DNA of 64,000 bases from positions 15,686,001 to 15,750,000 of the forward strand of contig OZ024763.1 in NCBI GenBank assembly GCA_964016885.1, read 5' to 3'. The translations under genes were made by a program, and so were the position numbers. Of the stretch, positions 12,461 through 25,879 are shown piece after piece. Under the pieces are notes generated by a model. It was given only the letters and a program-made list of their open reading frames with translations. It was not told the origin of the DNA and did not search any database. Every line of letters begins with the position of its first letter. Position 1 is the stretch's first letter. This DNA comes from Eledone cirrhosa (Eukaryota).

Positions 12461-15229
12461 TTTTGTCTCTCTGTCCACCTTACTACTCTTCTGTGACCAC
12501 TATACCATGTGTTAATTTCTCCCTCCACTTCTCGAGATTTTCTCACTTGCTACAAAGACGTCCAGTCCTTTTTCCTGAGGGGTCCTTTGATAAGCTGTAT
12601 TAACCTCACAACTAATGCAGAAAGTTGCACACGGATCAGCAAAACTGCAGTCAGGACTTTGAAGAAAATATAGGTATATTTTTGTCTATTATTTCCTCAT
12701 ATTTTGTAATTTGATGATGTATGCAAAAAGCAACAGAAATAACAAAGCAAACAACACAGTACAATGAAGAAATATATTATTAGCTTTACACTTGATATCC
12801 ATGCTAGCGTGGAAGATGGACGTTAAACGATGATGATGATGATGATGATGACGATGATAGTAGGAAAATAGTTTTAACGTTTTGGATGCTAGTCCTTCAT
12901 CAGAAGAAAGAATGAGAAATTAAAGAATAGAAAGATTGAGGAGACAGGCAGGAAACAGATGTGTGTGTGTGTGTGTGTGCTGTAAAGTGGTCATGAAGGA
13001 GACACGGTAAAAAGGCTCCCAGTTCACACTGTAAATGTGGTTGGTGTTAGGAAGGGCATGTAGCCATAGAAAACCTGCCAGATACAGTCCTACACGAGCG
13101 AGACACGGTCCTTGCCTCAAGTGGGACAATTCCCGTCTAATCCATGCTAGCGTGGAAGATAGACATTAAATGATGATGATGATGATATATATAAATATAT
13201 ATAAAACAGAGAATTTTATTGACAGAAAATAAGACATCTAACTTGATTTTAAACATTTAAAATAATACAGAATACACTAAAATAATAATAATAAAAAATA
13301 AAAAAATTAATAAATGAAAATAAAGAAATGCTTAATTTATAAACAAATTAATTATTTTCCTCTCTAATGAATTAACAAACTAAAGCCAGCTTCAAGATTA
13401 CTGAAATTTTAATTTTTAAAAATTGACAGAAATTAAATTTCACATGTGAGCAACGAAGCAGAAAATAATCCTAAGGCATAACACTGTGTTGTTGTTGTTG
13501 TTTGGAAACACTGATGTGTATGTATAATGAAGTAGGTGAAACTGCACTGACCAGGTGTCAACCAGGTGTAACCTTCATATGTGTTCTAACCCTCTCATTA
13601 CCATATTTCTAATGAACACACTATATTTCAAGTAATTAATGAAGAATTTATTACAATTACTAGCAGAAAAACCACCCTTTGGTTTATATGCAAATATACA
13701 TGCATGTAGATAGGATACGTCAAATGAAATCGTAATTGACAATATGCACAGAAATTGAAGAGAGACTGAGTTACACTGTCTTCTGTAATCAGTAAAGTAA
13801 TCCATGATACATTAAAAAAAGATGATATTATATATAAACTGCATTACGGTGAAATGTTATGAAAACGAAAAAATTAGCGACGGAAATATAAGTTATGATA
13901 TAAACAGGCAAATATATCAACGTTTATATAAGCGATGTGATATAGCATCCGCTATATCATAACCAGAAGTATTGACATTTGGAAATGTTAAAAGAAGTGC
14001 ATCTTAAAATAAGCAATCATTATATATAAGAATATTTATGTTTAATCCCCAGCTACGAAATTTAGTAGATAAATTATGTAATATTCATTCATTATTTATT
14101 CAAAGTAATCCAACTTATTTTACTAACAGGATAAAAAAATATATTGAGGACACAGTTCCACACTCCTCTCTTTATTGTATTATGATGTATTATTTTATAA
14201 GACCAATAATTTTCAAAAAGCCGGTACAACATGGTAGAAAAATATGATGGGGAAAGGATGACAAATAAAACAAAGTAATGCATGGAATTTTAACATATTT
14301 CAGGGACACAACTCCCTTTTCAAATGTGAAGCTGAAACAGTTTCAAACAAAATGAACGATCAAAGTATTCTTATTACACAGCCCTGAAATATGTTGAAAT
14401 TTTAACCCCTCTGAGGCCAAACGTGCCCCTGGTTCTATGATATAAAGCTATTTGTTTTAACCCTTTAGCATCTAAACTGGCTGTATCCAGCCAGAATTCT
14501 CTCACCTCATTCTGTTCAAACTGGCCATAACTGGCCACTCATATGTTGTTAAGGTATTGTTCTCAAAATAAATAACATCAAAATTTTGTAGATTTGATAG
14601 CATGTGAGATGATTATGTGAAATAAAGTGTTTACCTTGAAAATACAATAGTATATATAATGTAAATGCTAAAATATTTATATTAAGTAGAGCAGGACCTT
14701 TGATAACAAAACTCCCCAAACTGCCTCTGGTTCTATGATACAAAATTATTTGTTTTAGTGGCTGAGTGGTTAGAGAATTGGATTCACAATTGTGAGGTTG
14801 TGAGTTTGATTTCCAGACCAGGCGATGTGTTATGTCCTTGAGCAAGACACTTTATTTCACATTGCTCCTTCTACCTGGAGTTGCGACCGATAGATAGTAT
14901 TAGCAATTGGAAAGACCAATGGAAACATTGTTTCCTCGGTTCACTCTGATGAAAGACGACCGACTGTCGATATTAATTAGAACTGAAATTATTTAGAGTA
15001 AAAGTTTTGGGTCTAAGCCACATATCCAGTGATTCAGATGTTCGACTCACAACCATAAGGTCGGGAGTTCAATTACTGGACTGGACAGAATGGTGTGTCC
15101 TTCAGCAAGACGTTTTATTTCATGCTGCCCCAGATCACTTAGTAGAAGAAAAAATTAAGTACCAGCAACTACTGGGTATTAAACCTCTGTGACAGACTGG
15201 CGGCCAGTTCAGAGAGGAGTCTTTTAATG

Positions 15230-15890
15230 ATAAGACTGAGGAACCTATCATTAAAAATACACTCAAGAAACCTCCTATGAGATGTAACCTTGTACAAGTC
15301 CAGCTAAACTTATATATGTTTCAACAACAATGTGATAGTACTGGTGGCCTTTATCATAAAAAAAAACCCAGAAAACCTTGCATGTAATCCAATTAAACAT
15401 ATATAGGTGAATTTCAACATGATAGGACTGAGGACCGTATCATTAAAAATACACTCAAGAAACCGCCTGAGTCCAACTAAACCTACATCAGTGTGAGATG
15501 CAACAACAACATGATCGAAATAAGGTCCTTATCATTAAAACAGAGAAACTTCCTATGAGATGCAATCTTCTTTGAGGCCAGCTAAACCTACATAGGTGTG
15601 AGTTGCAACATGATCGAACTGGGACTTCTGTGAGCTGCAACTTTATATGAGGCCAGCTAACCCTATATAAATGCGAGTTGCAACAACAACAAAATGATTG
15701 GACTACAGTCCCTATCATTAAAACGCCAGAAAAACTCCCTTTGAAATGCGACCTTGTAGAAGGCCAACTAAACCTACACGGGTGTGAGTTACAACAACAA
15801 AATGGTCAGACTGGGACCCCAGAGAAACTTCCTATGAGATGTGACCTTGAATGAAGCCAGCTAAACCTACACAGGTGTGAGTTGTAGCAA
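15230..15890. repeat. Old diverged tandem repeat (~70-115-bp units)
   Basis: Recurrent aaacttcctatgagatg..acctt...gccagctaaacctaca..ggtgtgagtt.caacaac. Confidence 0.7.
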
Positions 15891-16018
15891 GCAGCTATCC
15901 AGGTGACCATGCTTAGTGAACAAAACAGCTATATATACAACAATAATAATTGAAATGGTTTGTTAATGGTTATATATAATAATATATTGAAATGGTTAGA
16001 AGAATAAACAAAACTTCA

Positions 16019-16140
16019 TACATAACATATTTTGTAGCAGATATTTATAAACATTGCTAAAATATAGATATTTATAAACATTGCTAAATATATATATTTT
16101 AGCAATGTTTATAAATATCTGCTACAAAATATGTTATGTA
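16019..16140. repeat. Perfect 48-bp inverted repeat
   Basis: tacataacatattttgtagcagatatttataaacattgctaaaatata and its exact reverse complement, with a spacer that is a partial arm copy. Confidence 0.9.
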
Positions 16141-16191
16141 AACAGCAATGTATGTTTTTGGTTTTAAATGAAACACTTTCCCCCTTAAATT

Positions 16192-18006
16192 ACCATATAT
16201 ACTCAAATATAAGCCAACTCTATATTTTTATAAGCCAACTCCTGATTTTATTTCTGAGAAATAGGCAAAAATCCAAACCCCATTTATAAGCTAAAGCAGA
16301 GCTGATCAACCATATTATGTTTATAGGCACAGTTTCGTAAATTCTCATGAGTGGAAAATATATTTATGAAGTTTTAATATATAAAATGTTCTAAGTGTCA
16401 TTTAGAACATAGTTTTTGTTTCACAACCCCATTATGTAATGATTTTTTTCTTTTTTTTTTTACCAATTTCTGATTGTTTTGAAGACAATATTCATTCAAA
16501 ACATCAAAAACAATAGGAATTACAAATTTCACGTTGAAAGTGAAACCAGTGTAATATTCACCTTTAAAGTGAAACCAGTGTAATATTCACCTTTAAAGTG
16601 AAAACCAGTGTAATATTCACCTCCAAAGCGAAAACCAGTGTAATATTCACCTCCAAAGCGAAAACCAGTGTAATATTCACCTTTAAAGCGAAAACCAGTG
16701 TAATATTCACCTTTAAAGTGAAACCAGTGTAATATTCACCTCCAAAGCGAAAACCAGTGTAATATTCACCTTTAAAGCGAAAACCAGTGTAATATTCACC
16801 TTTAAAGTGAAACCAGTGTAATATCCACCTCCAAAGCGAAAACCAGTGTAATATTCACCTCCAAAGCGAAAACCAGTGTAATATTCACCTCCAAAGCGAA
16901 AACCAGTGTAATATTCACCTTTAAAGCGAAAACCAGTGTAATATTCACCTTTAAAGTGAAACCAGTGTAATATTCACCTCCAAAGCGAAAACCAGTGTAA
17001 TATTCACCTTTAAAGCGAAAACCAGTGTAATATTCACCTTTAAAGTGAAACCAGTGTAATATCCACCTCCAAAGCGAAAACCAGTGTAATATTCACCTCC
17101 AAAGCGAAAACCAGTGTAATATTCACCTCCAAAGCGAAAACCAGTGTAATATTCACCTTTAAAGTGAAACCAGTGTAATATTCACCTCCAAAGTGAAAAC
17201 CAGTGTAATATTCACTTTTAAAGCGAAAACCAGTGTAATATTCACCTTTAAAGTGAAACCAGTGTAATATTCACCTCCAAAGTGAAAACCAGTGTAATAT
17301 TCACCTCCAAAGTGAAAACCAGTGTAATATTCACCTCCAAAGTGAAAACCAGTGTAATATTCACCTCCAAAGCGAAAACCAGTGTAATATTCACCTCCAA
17401 AGTGAAAACCAGTGTAATATTCACCTCCAAAGTGAAAACCAGTGTAATATTCACCTCCAAAGTGAAAACCAGTGTAATATTCACCTCCAAAGTGAAAACC
17501 AGTGTAATATTCACCTCCAAAGTGAAAACCAGTGTAATATTCACCTCCAAAGCGAAAACCAGTGTAATATTCACCTCCAAAGTGAAAACCAGTGTAATAT
17601 TCACCTCCAAAGTGAAAACCAGTGTAATATTCACCTCCAAAGTGAAAACCAGTGTAATATTCACCTCCAAAGTGAAAACCAGTGTAATATTCACCTCCAA
17701 AGTGAAAACCAGTGTAATATTCACCTCCAAAGTGAAAACCAGTGTAATATTCACCTCCAAAGTGAAAACCAGTGTAATATTCACCTCCAAAGTGAAAACC
17801 AGTGTAATATTCACCTCCAAAGTGAAAACCAGTGTAATATTCACCTCCAAAGTGAAACAAATGTAATATTCACCTCCAAAGCAAAAATACCCTTTACGTA
17901 GAAGTTTGAAGTTGGTAAAATCAGCAAAATATTGACCTTAAATATAAGCCATCCCCCATTTTACCATCAATGTCACATATTTCTCAGTTTATATACAAAT
18001 ATAGTA
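16192..18006. mobile_element. Tc1/mariner(pogo)-like non-autonomous element carrying an internal 30-bp satellite
   Basis: Termini taccatatatactcaaatataagcc ... agtttatatacaaatatagta; flanks align with 42500-42909. Confidence 0.7.
16537..17885. repeat. 29/30-bp satellite, ~45 copies
   Basis: Unit aaag(t/c)gaaaaccagtgtaatattcacct(cc/tt). Confidence 0.97.
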
Positions 18007-18236
18007 ATTCTTTGATTATTAAATATAGTGGATTTGTTTGTAAATGAACAACAATACTATTTGACAACATGTCATACATAGATGGACACTTTTTGACACA
18101 TCATCATAGGTAACAAAACAAAAAAAAGGATAACACATTACTGGTGTGTGTGAAAGGTAAACAGAAATAACAACACAATTGGTACAGTATATGGAAGGAA
18201 TATATTAGGTTAACGCTTGAAATAGCAGGAAGAGGG

Positions 18237-18272
18237 TCTTAACGTTTCGGGCGCTTGTCCTTCATCAGAAGA
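18237..18272 (-). ncRNA. Candidate minimal hammerhead ribozyme motif (mutated relative at 12871-12910)
   Basis: Minus strand tctt-CTGATGA-aggacaagcgccc-GAAAC-GTT-aaga: core intact, palindromic loopless stem III, 4-bp stem I. Confidence 0.4.
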
Positions 18273-18341
18273 AAGAAAAATTAGATAGATTGAAAGGAGT
18301 GTGTGTATGTATATACACATATACACACACACACACACACA

Positions 18342-18382
<41 letters not shown>

Positions 18383-19037
18383 ACATATATATACCTACAC
18401 ACACATATATATATATACACATTCATAAAAATATATATATACACACACACACATATGTATACATATACACACACATATATACATTCACATACATGCATAT
18501 ATTATATAATAATAGGTGGATTCCTGACGTATATTTGAAGGTCACCACAATTAAAAGAGATAATACATTAGTAGAGTACAGACATATTCATTTTATTATA
18601 GAAATGACTTCTACAGGACTAGAACTGTTTCATTTGTAAGAAATCAACCCAAATGATTTTCTAATAAAATGTGCGCGCGCGCGCGTGTGATATATATAGC
18701 TATTGTGTTATTGTGGCTGCCATGTTGGAATTGCTTCAGTTTCTAGTTGACTGAACTGAAAATATGTGTTCCGCAAGCAGCAGATAGGGAGGGGGGGAGT
18801 TAAGTCTGTGATGGGCTGGTGTCCTATCCAGGGAAGAAAGAATCCTGTAGTCTCTCAGTCATTTAACACCAATGAAACTGATATAAGCATATTACTGATG
18901 AGCCTTTCGACATGAGGCAGAATTCAACTTTTGTCTCTGCTAAATATTTATGGCTTTTGTGTCAATGAAAGAAATTATTAATCAATTTTATTTGACTGAG
19001 CAAATTTAATTGACAAAATTTGACCCCGGCACAACAC

Positions 19038-19253
19038 TTAACCCTTTAGCATTTAAACCGGCCATATCTGGCCAGGATTCTCTCACCTCTTTCTGTTCAA
19101 ACCAGTCGTAACTGGCCACTCATACTGATGTTAAGGTATTGTTCTCAAAACAAATGATATCAAAATCTTGTAGATTCGATATTATGTGAGATAAAGCCTT
19201 TTCTGTGAAAATACAATAGTAAATATAGAGTTATGTGAATGCTAAAGGGTTAA
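19038..19253 (+). mobile_element. piggyBac-like MITE, intact copy (others ~1159-1320, 14457-14670, 21509-21720, 21840-21986, 29985-30160, 38208-38424, 45843-46032, 46850-47029, 59324-59471)
   Basis: TTAA target duplication; TIR CCCTTTAGCATT / AATGCTAAAGGG; ~215 bp non-coding. Confidence 0.85.
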
Positions 19254-19909
19254 TGTGCACAAGAAACTGAACAAATCACAAAATCCCTAATTTAGCTCTT
19301 ACTGACTGTCTTTACAATCTATGCAATCTACTCCCTTTTTCTCCCTCCCCAAAACAAGCTACGTAACATTCTGAAGGCCTGCATATGAGGACCACCAAAC
19401 TGTGGTCACATACAATCGAAGAACCCTAGTATGGCCAGCCTGCTATAGTGTAGTAGCACCCAATGAATCAAATCAGACCAGGTTACACCAGGCCTATAGC
19501 GCTGCCATGTGCCATTTAGGGGAGGCACATGGCCTAGTGGTAAGGGTGTTGGACTTATGATCATAATGTCATAGGCTCGATTCTTTCACTGGGTTGTAAG
19601 CTGTGTTCTTGAGCAAAACACTTCATTTCATGTTGAAAATAAGTATCAACAATAGCTGAGGGTTTAACCCTGCGATGGACTGGTGTCCTGTCCAAGGGGG
19701 AGTCTTGTATTCTCAGTCACTTAACTCCATGAAACCAAGTTAAGCACCGATCTGATGAACCACTGAGTTTGAGACAGACTTTAGACATTTTTTTTAGACA
19801 TATGCTGTTTTCAGCTGTCGGGATCCACAGTCACCTGTTGTTCCACATCCTCTCAGTCAATTCCCATGTCCTTTAGATCAACTCTATTTGTTCTTTGACA
19901 GACGACGTT

Positions 19910-22415
19910 GATAATAATAATTGTTACTACTTATGGCACAAGGCCAGCAATTACCCAGTACATTACTGGTACTTTATTTTATCGACCCCGTAAGGATGAA
20001 AGGCAAAGTCAACCTCGGCGGGATTTGAACTCAGATCGTAAAGGGACGTGATTATGCTGGAAAGCATGGCGTCCGACCCTCTACCGATACTGCCAATCCA
20101 CCGCCCTTGATAATCCATCGACGTTGATGATAATAATAATAATGTGGAAGTTGAGAACTAAAACAATACCAGTGGTTGTAGGCGCTCTAGGAATGATACC
20201 TGAGGGGTCCAATGATTACTTATCGCAAATCCCAGGAAACCTGCGTAAAGAAGGAATACAAAAGATAGTACTTATGGGAACTGGCCATATACTAAGGAAG
20301 ATTCTGTCAATATAAGTACATCACAGGTCTAAACACCTAAAGATACACGTATGTGTGTTGTATGTGTTCTTTCTTGAACATGGCGGACCTTGTTATCTCT
20401 TGAGGTCACTGGTTGTGACTTGGTGATAACTCGTATAAAGATAAATATAAAGATAAATATAATAATAATAATAATTGTTTCTACTTATGGCACAAGGCCA
20501 GCAAATTACCCAGTGTATTACTGGTACTTTATTTTATCGACCCCATAAGGATGAAAGGCAAAGTTAACCCCGGCGGGATTTGAACTCAGATTATAAAGGG
20601 ACGTAACTCTATGCTTCAAAGCATTGTGTCCGACTCTCTATCGATTCTGCCAATCCACCGCCCTTTAAATAAATTAATAATAATAATAATTGTTTCTACT
20701 TATGGCACAAGGCCAGCAATTACCCAGTGTATTACTGGTACTTTATTTTGTCGACCCCGTAAGGATGAAAGGCAAAGTTAACCTCGGCGGGATTTGAACT
20801 CAGACCATGAAGGGCCATAACTCAGAATGGCAAGGGCCGTAACTCTACGCATCAAAGCATGGCGTCCGACCCTCTACCGATACTGCCAATCCATCAATAA
20901 TAGTAATAATAATAATAATAAGGTGCATGGCTTAGTGGTTAGAGCATTGGGCTTGCAATTGTAAGGTTGAGATCAATTCTCGAACCAGGCTTTGCGTTGT
21001 GTTCTTAAGCAAGACACTTTATTTCACGTTGCTCCAGTTTACTCAGCTGTAGAAATGAGTTGTGATGTCACTGGTGCCAAGCTGTATCAGCCATTGCCTT
21101 TCCCTTGGACATCATCAGTGTTGTGGGAAGGGGAGACTGGTATGCAAATCCCATGGTCATTCGTGACCGAAGGAGGTCTTTACCCTTTTAATAATAATAA
21201 TAATAAATCAACTCAGACAATAACCACTTTTAACCCTTTTGTTATTGTCATCAAGAGTTACCCCGTTCATAACTATATTTCTAATGAAAGATATTGCCTA
21301 TAATTTACAAATAATTTTGAAAATAATCAAGAATTTGGAGGGATTTAGTAACATAACTAAGTTTCTCATTATTATGCTGGTGTTCAGACATAACTTAAAA
21401 GATTCTTACATAAAATTACAATGAAATATTTTCAGATAAATATAAACACTTTAAAATGAACAGTTTTTTTGTATCATAGAACCAGGAATGGTTTCAGGGG
21501 ATTCGGCATTAACGCTTTAGCATTTACATTACTCTATATATACTATTATATTTTCAAGGTATAGGCTTTATCTCACATAACATTGAATCTATGAGATTTT
21601 GATATTTATTTTGAGACAATACCTTATCATCAGTATGAGCAGGCAGTTACAGCCAGTTTGAACAGAAAGAGATGAGAGATTTCTGGCTGGATACAGCTGC
21701 TTTAAATGCTAAAGGGTTAATTAATTAAAATAGAATGTATTTCATTAGAAATACAGCCATGAAAGCGTTAACTGGGTCCTTTTCTTCATAGTTGCTGACA
21801 AAGTGTCTTTCTCTTTGATGATTATGATGATGATTGTTTCACATAATATTGAATCTATGAGATTTTGATATTTATTTTGAGAACAATACCTTATCATTAG
21901 TATGAGTGGCCGGTTACAGCCAGTTTGAGCAGAGAGAGGTGAGAGAATCCTGGCTGGATACAGCCGGTTTAAATGCTAAAGGGTTAAAGGATTAATGTGT
22001 CTCCATGACTTATAATAATTGTTTCTACTTTAGGCACAAGGCCAGCAATTACCCAGTACATTACTGGTACTTTATTTTATCGACCCTGTAAGGATGAAAG
22101 GCAAAGTAAACCTCGGTGTGATTTGAACTCAGCCCGTGAAGGGGCATAACTCTATGCTGCAAGGCATGACATCCGACCTTCTCCCGATACTGCGAATCCA
22201 CACTGCTTATAATAATTGTTTCTACTTTTGGCACAAGGCCAGCACTTAACCCAGTGTATTACTGGTACTATATTTTATCGACCCCGTAAGGATGAAAGGC
22301 AAAGTTAACCTCGGCGGGATTTGAACTCAGACCATGAAGGGCCATAACTCTATGCTGCAGAGTATGGTATCTGACGCTCTACCGATACTGCCAATCCACC
22401 GCCTTATAATAATAA
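19910..22415 (-). mobile_element. Cluster of tRNA-derived SINE family C copies with (ATT)n tails
   Basis: Repeated ggcacaaggccagcaattacccagt..ctggtactttattttatcgaccccgtaaggatgaaaggcaaagttaacctcggcgggatttgaactcag; about 5 copies. Confidence 0.8.
20140..20475 (+). mobile_element. 3' fragment of a Dong/R4-like (REL-endonuclease) non-LTR retrotransposon in a (TAA)n tract
   Basis: WKLRTKTIPVVVGALGMIP...IQKIVLMGTGHILRKIL C-terminal signature; (aat)n on both sides. Confidence 0.7.
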
Positions 22416-24785
22416 TGTCTTTACAACCTTTATACTAACTGAATAACTAACTAAAAGGGTATCTACCAATAATGAAGCTATTCTACTAGTAATAACTGAA
22501 AGAAACTATACAACTAACTATTGTTTACATTGTCAAAGGAGTGAAACAGTGAGAAAGAGTAGAAATCTAGAGAGAGGTTTGCAAGGAATGATGATGACTT
22601 TACAAACACTCTCCATGCTTACGTGACCTTGTGCCAATGTGGGAAATCAATATTTGTCGTGCTGCTGTAGTCTCACCTAACCAGTATATATGATATTTGA
22701 TTTAATGAGGTCATACCCAATACTATGCTTTCTATAACAATATATTTAGTGCTAACTGTATTGACTGATATGAAATCAGAAGAAAGTCACAAATATACAT
22801 CTTAAACGTTTTTTCATTACCATATTTCTAACGAATACACCACCAATGTGTTTCAATTAACTTTGAAAATTATTTTAAAAAGCAATCCAGAGAAATTTAG
22901 TAAAATAACTTTTTCATTTTGGGGAGATATGAACTCCAAATAAAGCCACAAATATATTTATTTAACTTTTTTCATTATTCTATTTCTAACCAAAATACAC
23001 TGCCATGTTTCAATTAATTTTGAAAATTATTTTAAAAAAATATTCAGAGAAATTTAGTGAAATAACTTTTTCATTTTTAAGTTGGTGTTTGGAATATAAT
23101 GAAATAAAAATGTTCTTAGATAAGATTACGATGGTAGGTTTTAATCATCATTATCATCATTGTTTAACATGGGCAGGGCTGCTTTTTTTTTAATCATAAA
23201 ACGGGGAGGGGGGGGGGGGGGGCTGTTGCTTTTTTTAAGTTTATTTATATTAAATAAATAAATGTCCTAATTCAATACAATGGTGACACACAAAAAAGGC
23301 GTCGATCAAACCTGTAAAGTGCTCATGGTGTCACAATAAAAAGCACCCAGCCCACTCTGTAAAGTAGCTGTGCAGGTGTCATGATAAAAGAGGCCCACCC
23401 CACACTGTAAAGTGATTGTGTTGGTGTCATGACAAAAAGCACCCATCCCATACTATAAAATGTTTGTGTAGGTGTCACAACAAATGGTACCCAGCCCACA
23501 CTGGTAAGGAATAGCAGCCAAACATCCCTCAAATTATACCCAGCTATCTCGAAAAGGAGTTGGACACATTAAATAGTGTGGTCCTGGATATGCAATGTCC
23601 AAGAAAAAGACAGGGGCGATTACAGCTGGAACACTTTTGATCATAGCTGGCCTGGGGTTAAAGAACAATAAGGTTTTTAACTCATTTCATACCAAACACC
23701 CTCTGGTTTTGTCCCTAACATTGTTCCTAACACTGGTACTATGATACAAAACCGTTTGTTTCAAAGTGTTTATATTTATCTAAAATCTTCCATCATAAAT
23801 TTATGCAAGAACCTAGTGTTAAGTTACGTTCCTAACACTGGTGCTATGATAAATAACTTTGTTTTAAAGTGTTTATATTTGTTGAAAAACCTTCAATCGT
23901 AATTTCATGCAAGAATTTTTGTTAAGTTATGTTCCAAACACCTATGGTTCTATGATACAAAAAATTATTTTAAAGTGTTTATATTTATCTAAAAACCATC
24001 CATCATTATTTTATATAAGAAACTTTGTTAAGTTATGTACCAAACACCCAACTTAATAATGAGAAAGTTACTAAATTCATACAATTTCTTTGTTATATTC
24101 AAACCTATTTGAATGTGCTCCAACCCCCAGAAGTATATAGCCAGCATACCTCTAATTTTTTACACACACCCATCTTCACCACCTTAGTGTTGTAATGAGG
24201 TAATGCTGGTGCCATGATAAAAGTGCACCTAGTCTACTCTATAACATGGTACTGCAGGCGCCACAATGAAATGCACCCAGCCCACTCTGTAATGTTGTTG
24301 TCCTAGAGCCAGAGCACCCAGTAAGGTGATAGTTCTAGTGCCACAATAAAAAAAGCTCAGTCCATGGTGCAAAGTGGTAGTGGTAGTGCCACAACAAAAA
24401 AAAAAATCACCCAGTCTATCCTGTAAGGTGGTAATACCAGAATTCACGATAAAATGCTCCCAGGACACACTGTAAAATAATTTGGTGTTAGGAAGTGCTT
24501 CCAGCTGTAGAAACCAAGCCCGAAATGGTGGGAGCATACATACCATTTTACAGGCCAGCATTAACCAAGCTAGCCACAGCACATGACATGTCTAACACAT
24601 GCAACCATGAAAAATAGATGTTAAAAGGTGATAATGAAATCACTGACAGCATCTTTCAATAGAAATATGGCAACAAAAGGGTTTAAATAGACGTCAGCAA
24701 CAGATACTGAAAAATCGCTAAAAATAGGACTAAAAAGGAGAGAGAGGAAAGTGTGTTTGTTGGCTAATGTCTGACAAAAAGAGGC

Positions 24786-24821
<36 letters not shown>

Positions 24822-24864
24822 CTCTCGTTCTGGAGCTTATAAGAGGAATAATATTGAGAAAAAC

Positions 24865-25710
24865 GAACACCCAGTCTACCCAGAAAGGTGGTCGTGCTGG
24901 TGACACAAGAAAAAAAAGCCCCCAGTCCACCCTGTAAGGTGGTGATGATGGTGACATGAGTAAAAAGCACCCAGTCCACTCTGTAAGGTGGTCATGGTGG
25001 TGACATGATAAAAAGTAATCAGTCCACCCTATAAGGTGATCATCCTACTGACACTACAAAAAAAAGCACCCAACTCACCCTATAAGGTGGTGACATTAAA
25101 AAAGCACCTAGTCCATCCTGTTAGATGGTTGTGCTGGTGACACGATGAAAAACCACCCAGTCCACCCTGTTGGATGGTTGTGCTGGTGACACTATAAAAA
25201 GCATCTAGTCCACCCTGTTAGATGGTTGTGCTGGTGACACGATAAAAAACCACCCAGTCCACCCTGTTGGATGGTTGTGCTGGTGACACTATAAAAAGCA
25301 TCTAGTCCACCCTGTTAGATGGTTGTGCTGGTGACACGATAAAAAACCACCCAGTCCACCCTGTTGGATGGTTGTGCTGGTGACACTATAAAAAGCATCT
25401 AGTCCACCCTGTTAGATGGTTGTGCTGGTGACACGATAAAAAACCACCCAGTCCACCCTGTTGGATGGTTGTGCTGGTGACAATAAACAACCACCCAGTC
25501 CACCCTGTTGGATGGTTGTGCTGGTGACACTATAAAAAGCACCTAGTCCATCCTGTTAGATGGTTGTGCTGGTGACACGATAAAAAACCACCCAGTCCAC
25601 CCTGTTGGATGGTTGTGCTGGTGACACGATGAAAAGCACCTAGTCCACCTTGTTAGGTGGTTGTGCTGGTGGCACTATAAAAAGCACACAGCCTATCCTG
25701 TTAGACGGTC
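24865..25710. repeat. 47/48-bp minisatellite with alternating A/B dimer structure, then element tail and (ATG)n to 25878
   Basis: Alternating ...cacgataaaaaaccacccagtcc / ...cactataaaaagcatctagtcc units. Confidence 0.9.
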
Positions 25711-25804
25711 ATGGCATCCCAGCCATAGAAACCAGCCAAAATACAGATCCATATTACAACCCAGCTAACCCATTCAAGCATGGAAAAATAGATGTTAAAC
25801 AACA

Positions 25805-25879
<75 letters not shown>

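Noticed and set aside
11570-13782. Spliced Cys-rich upstream protein (..FCAYCQLRFHLTPDCSFADPCATFCISCEV..HPAACDQQ..MDIP*)
   Set aside because: Can be stitched from candidate exons, but depends on weak donor choices, has no identified start and matches no family I recognise.
17159-17866. ORFs with (FHFGGEYYTG)n and similar repeats
   Set aside because: Stop-free frames of a 30-bp TE-internal satellite; the frame breaks in the 29-bp units.
25805-25878. ATGATGA runs as snoRNA box C motifs
   Set aside because: They are retroelement (ATG)n tails with no matching box D or terminal stem.
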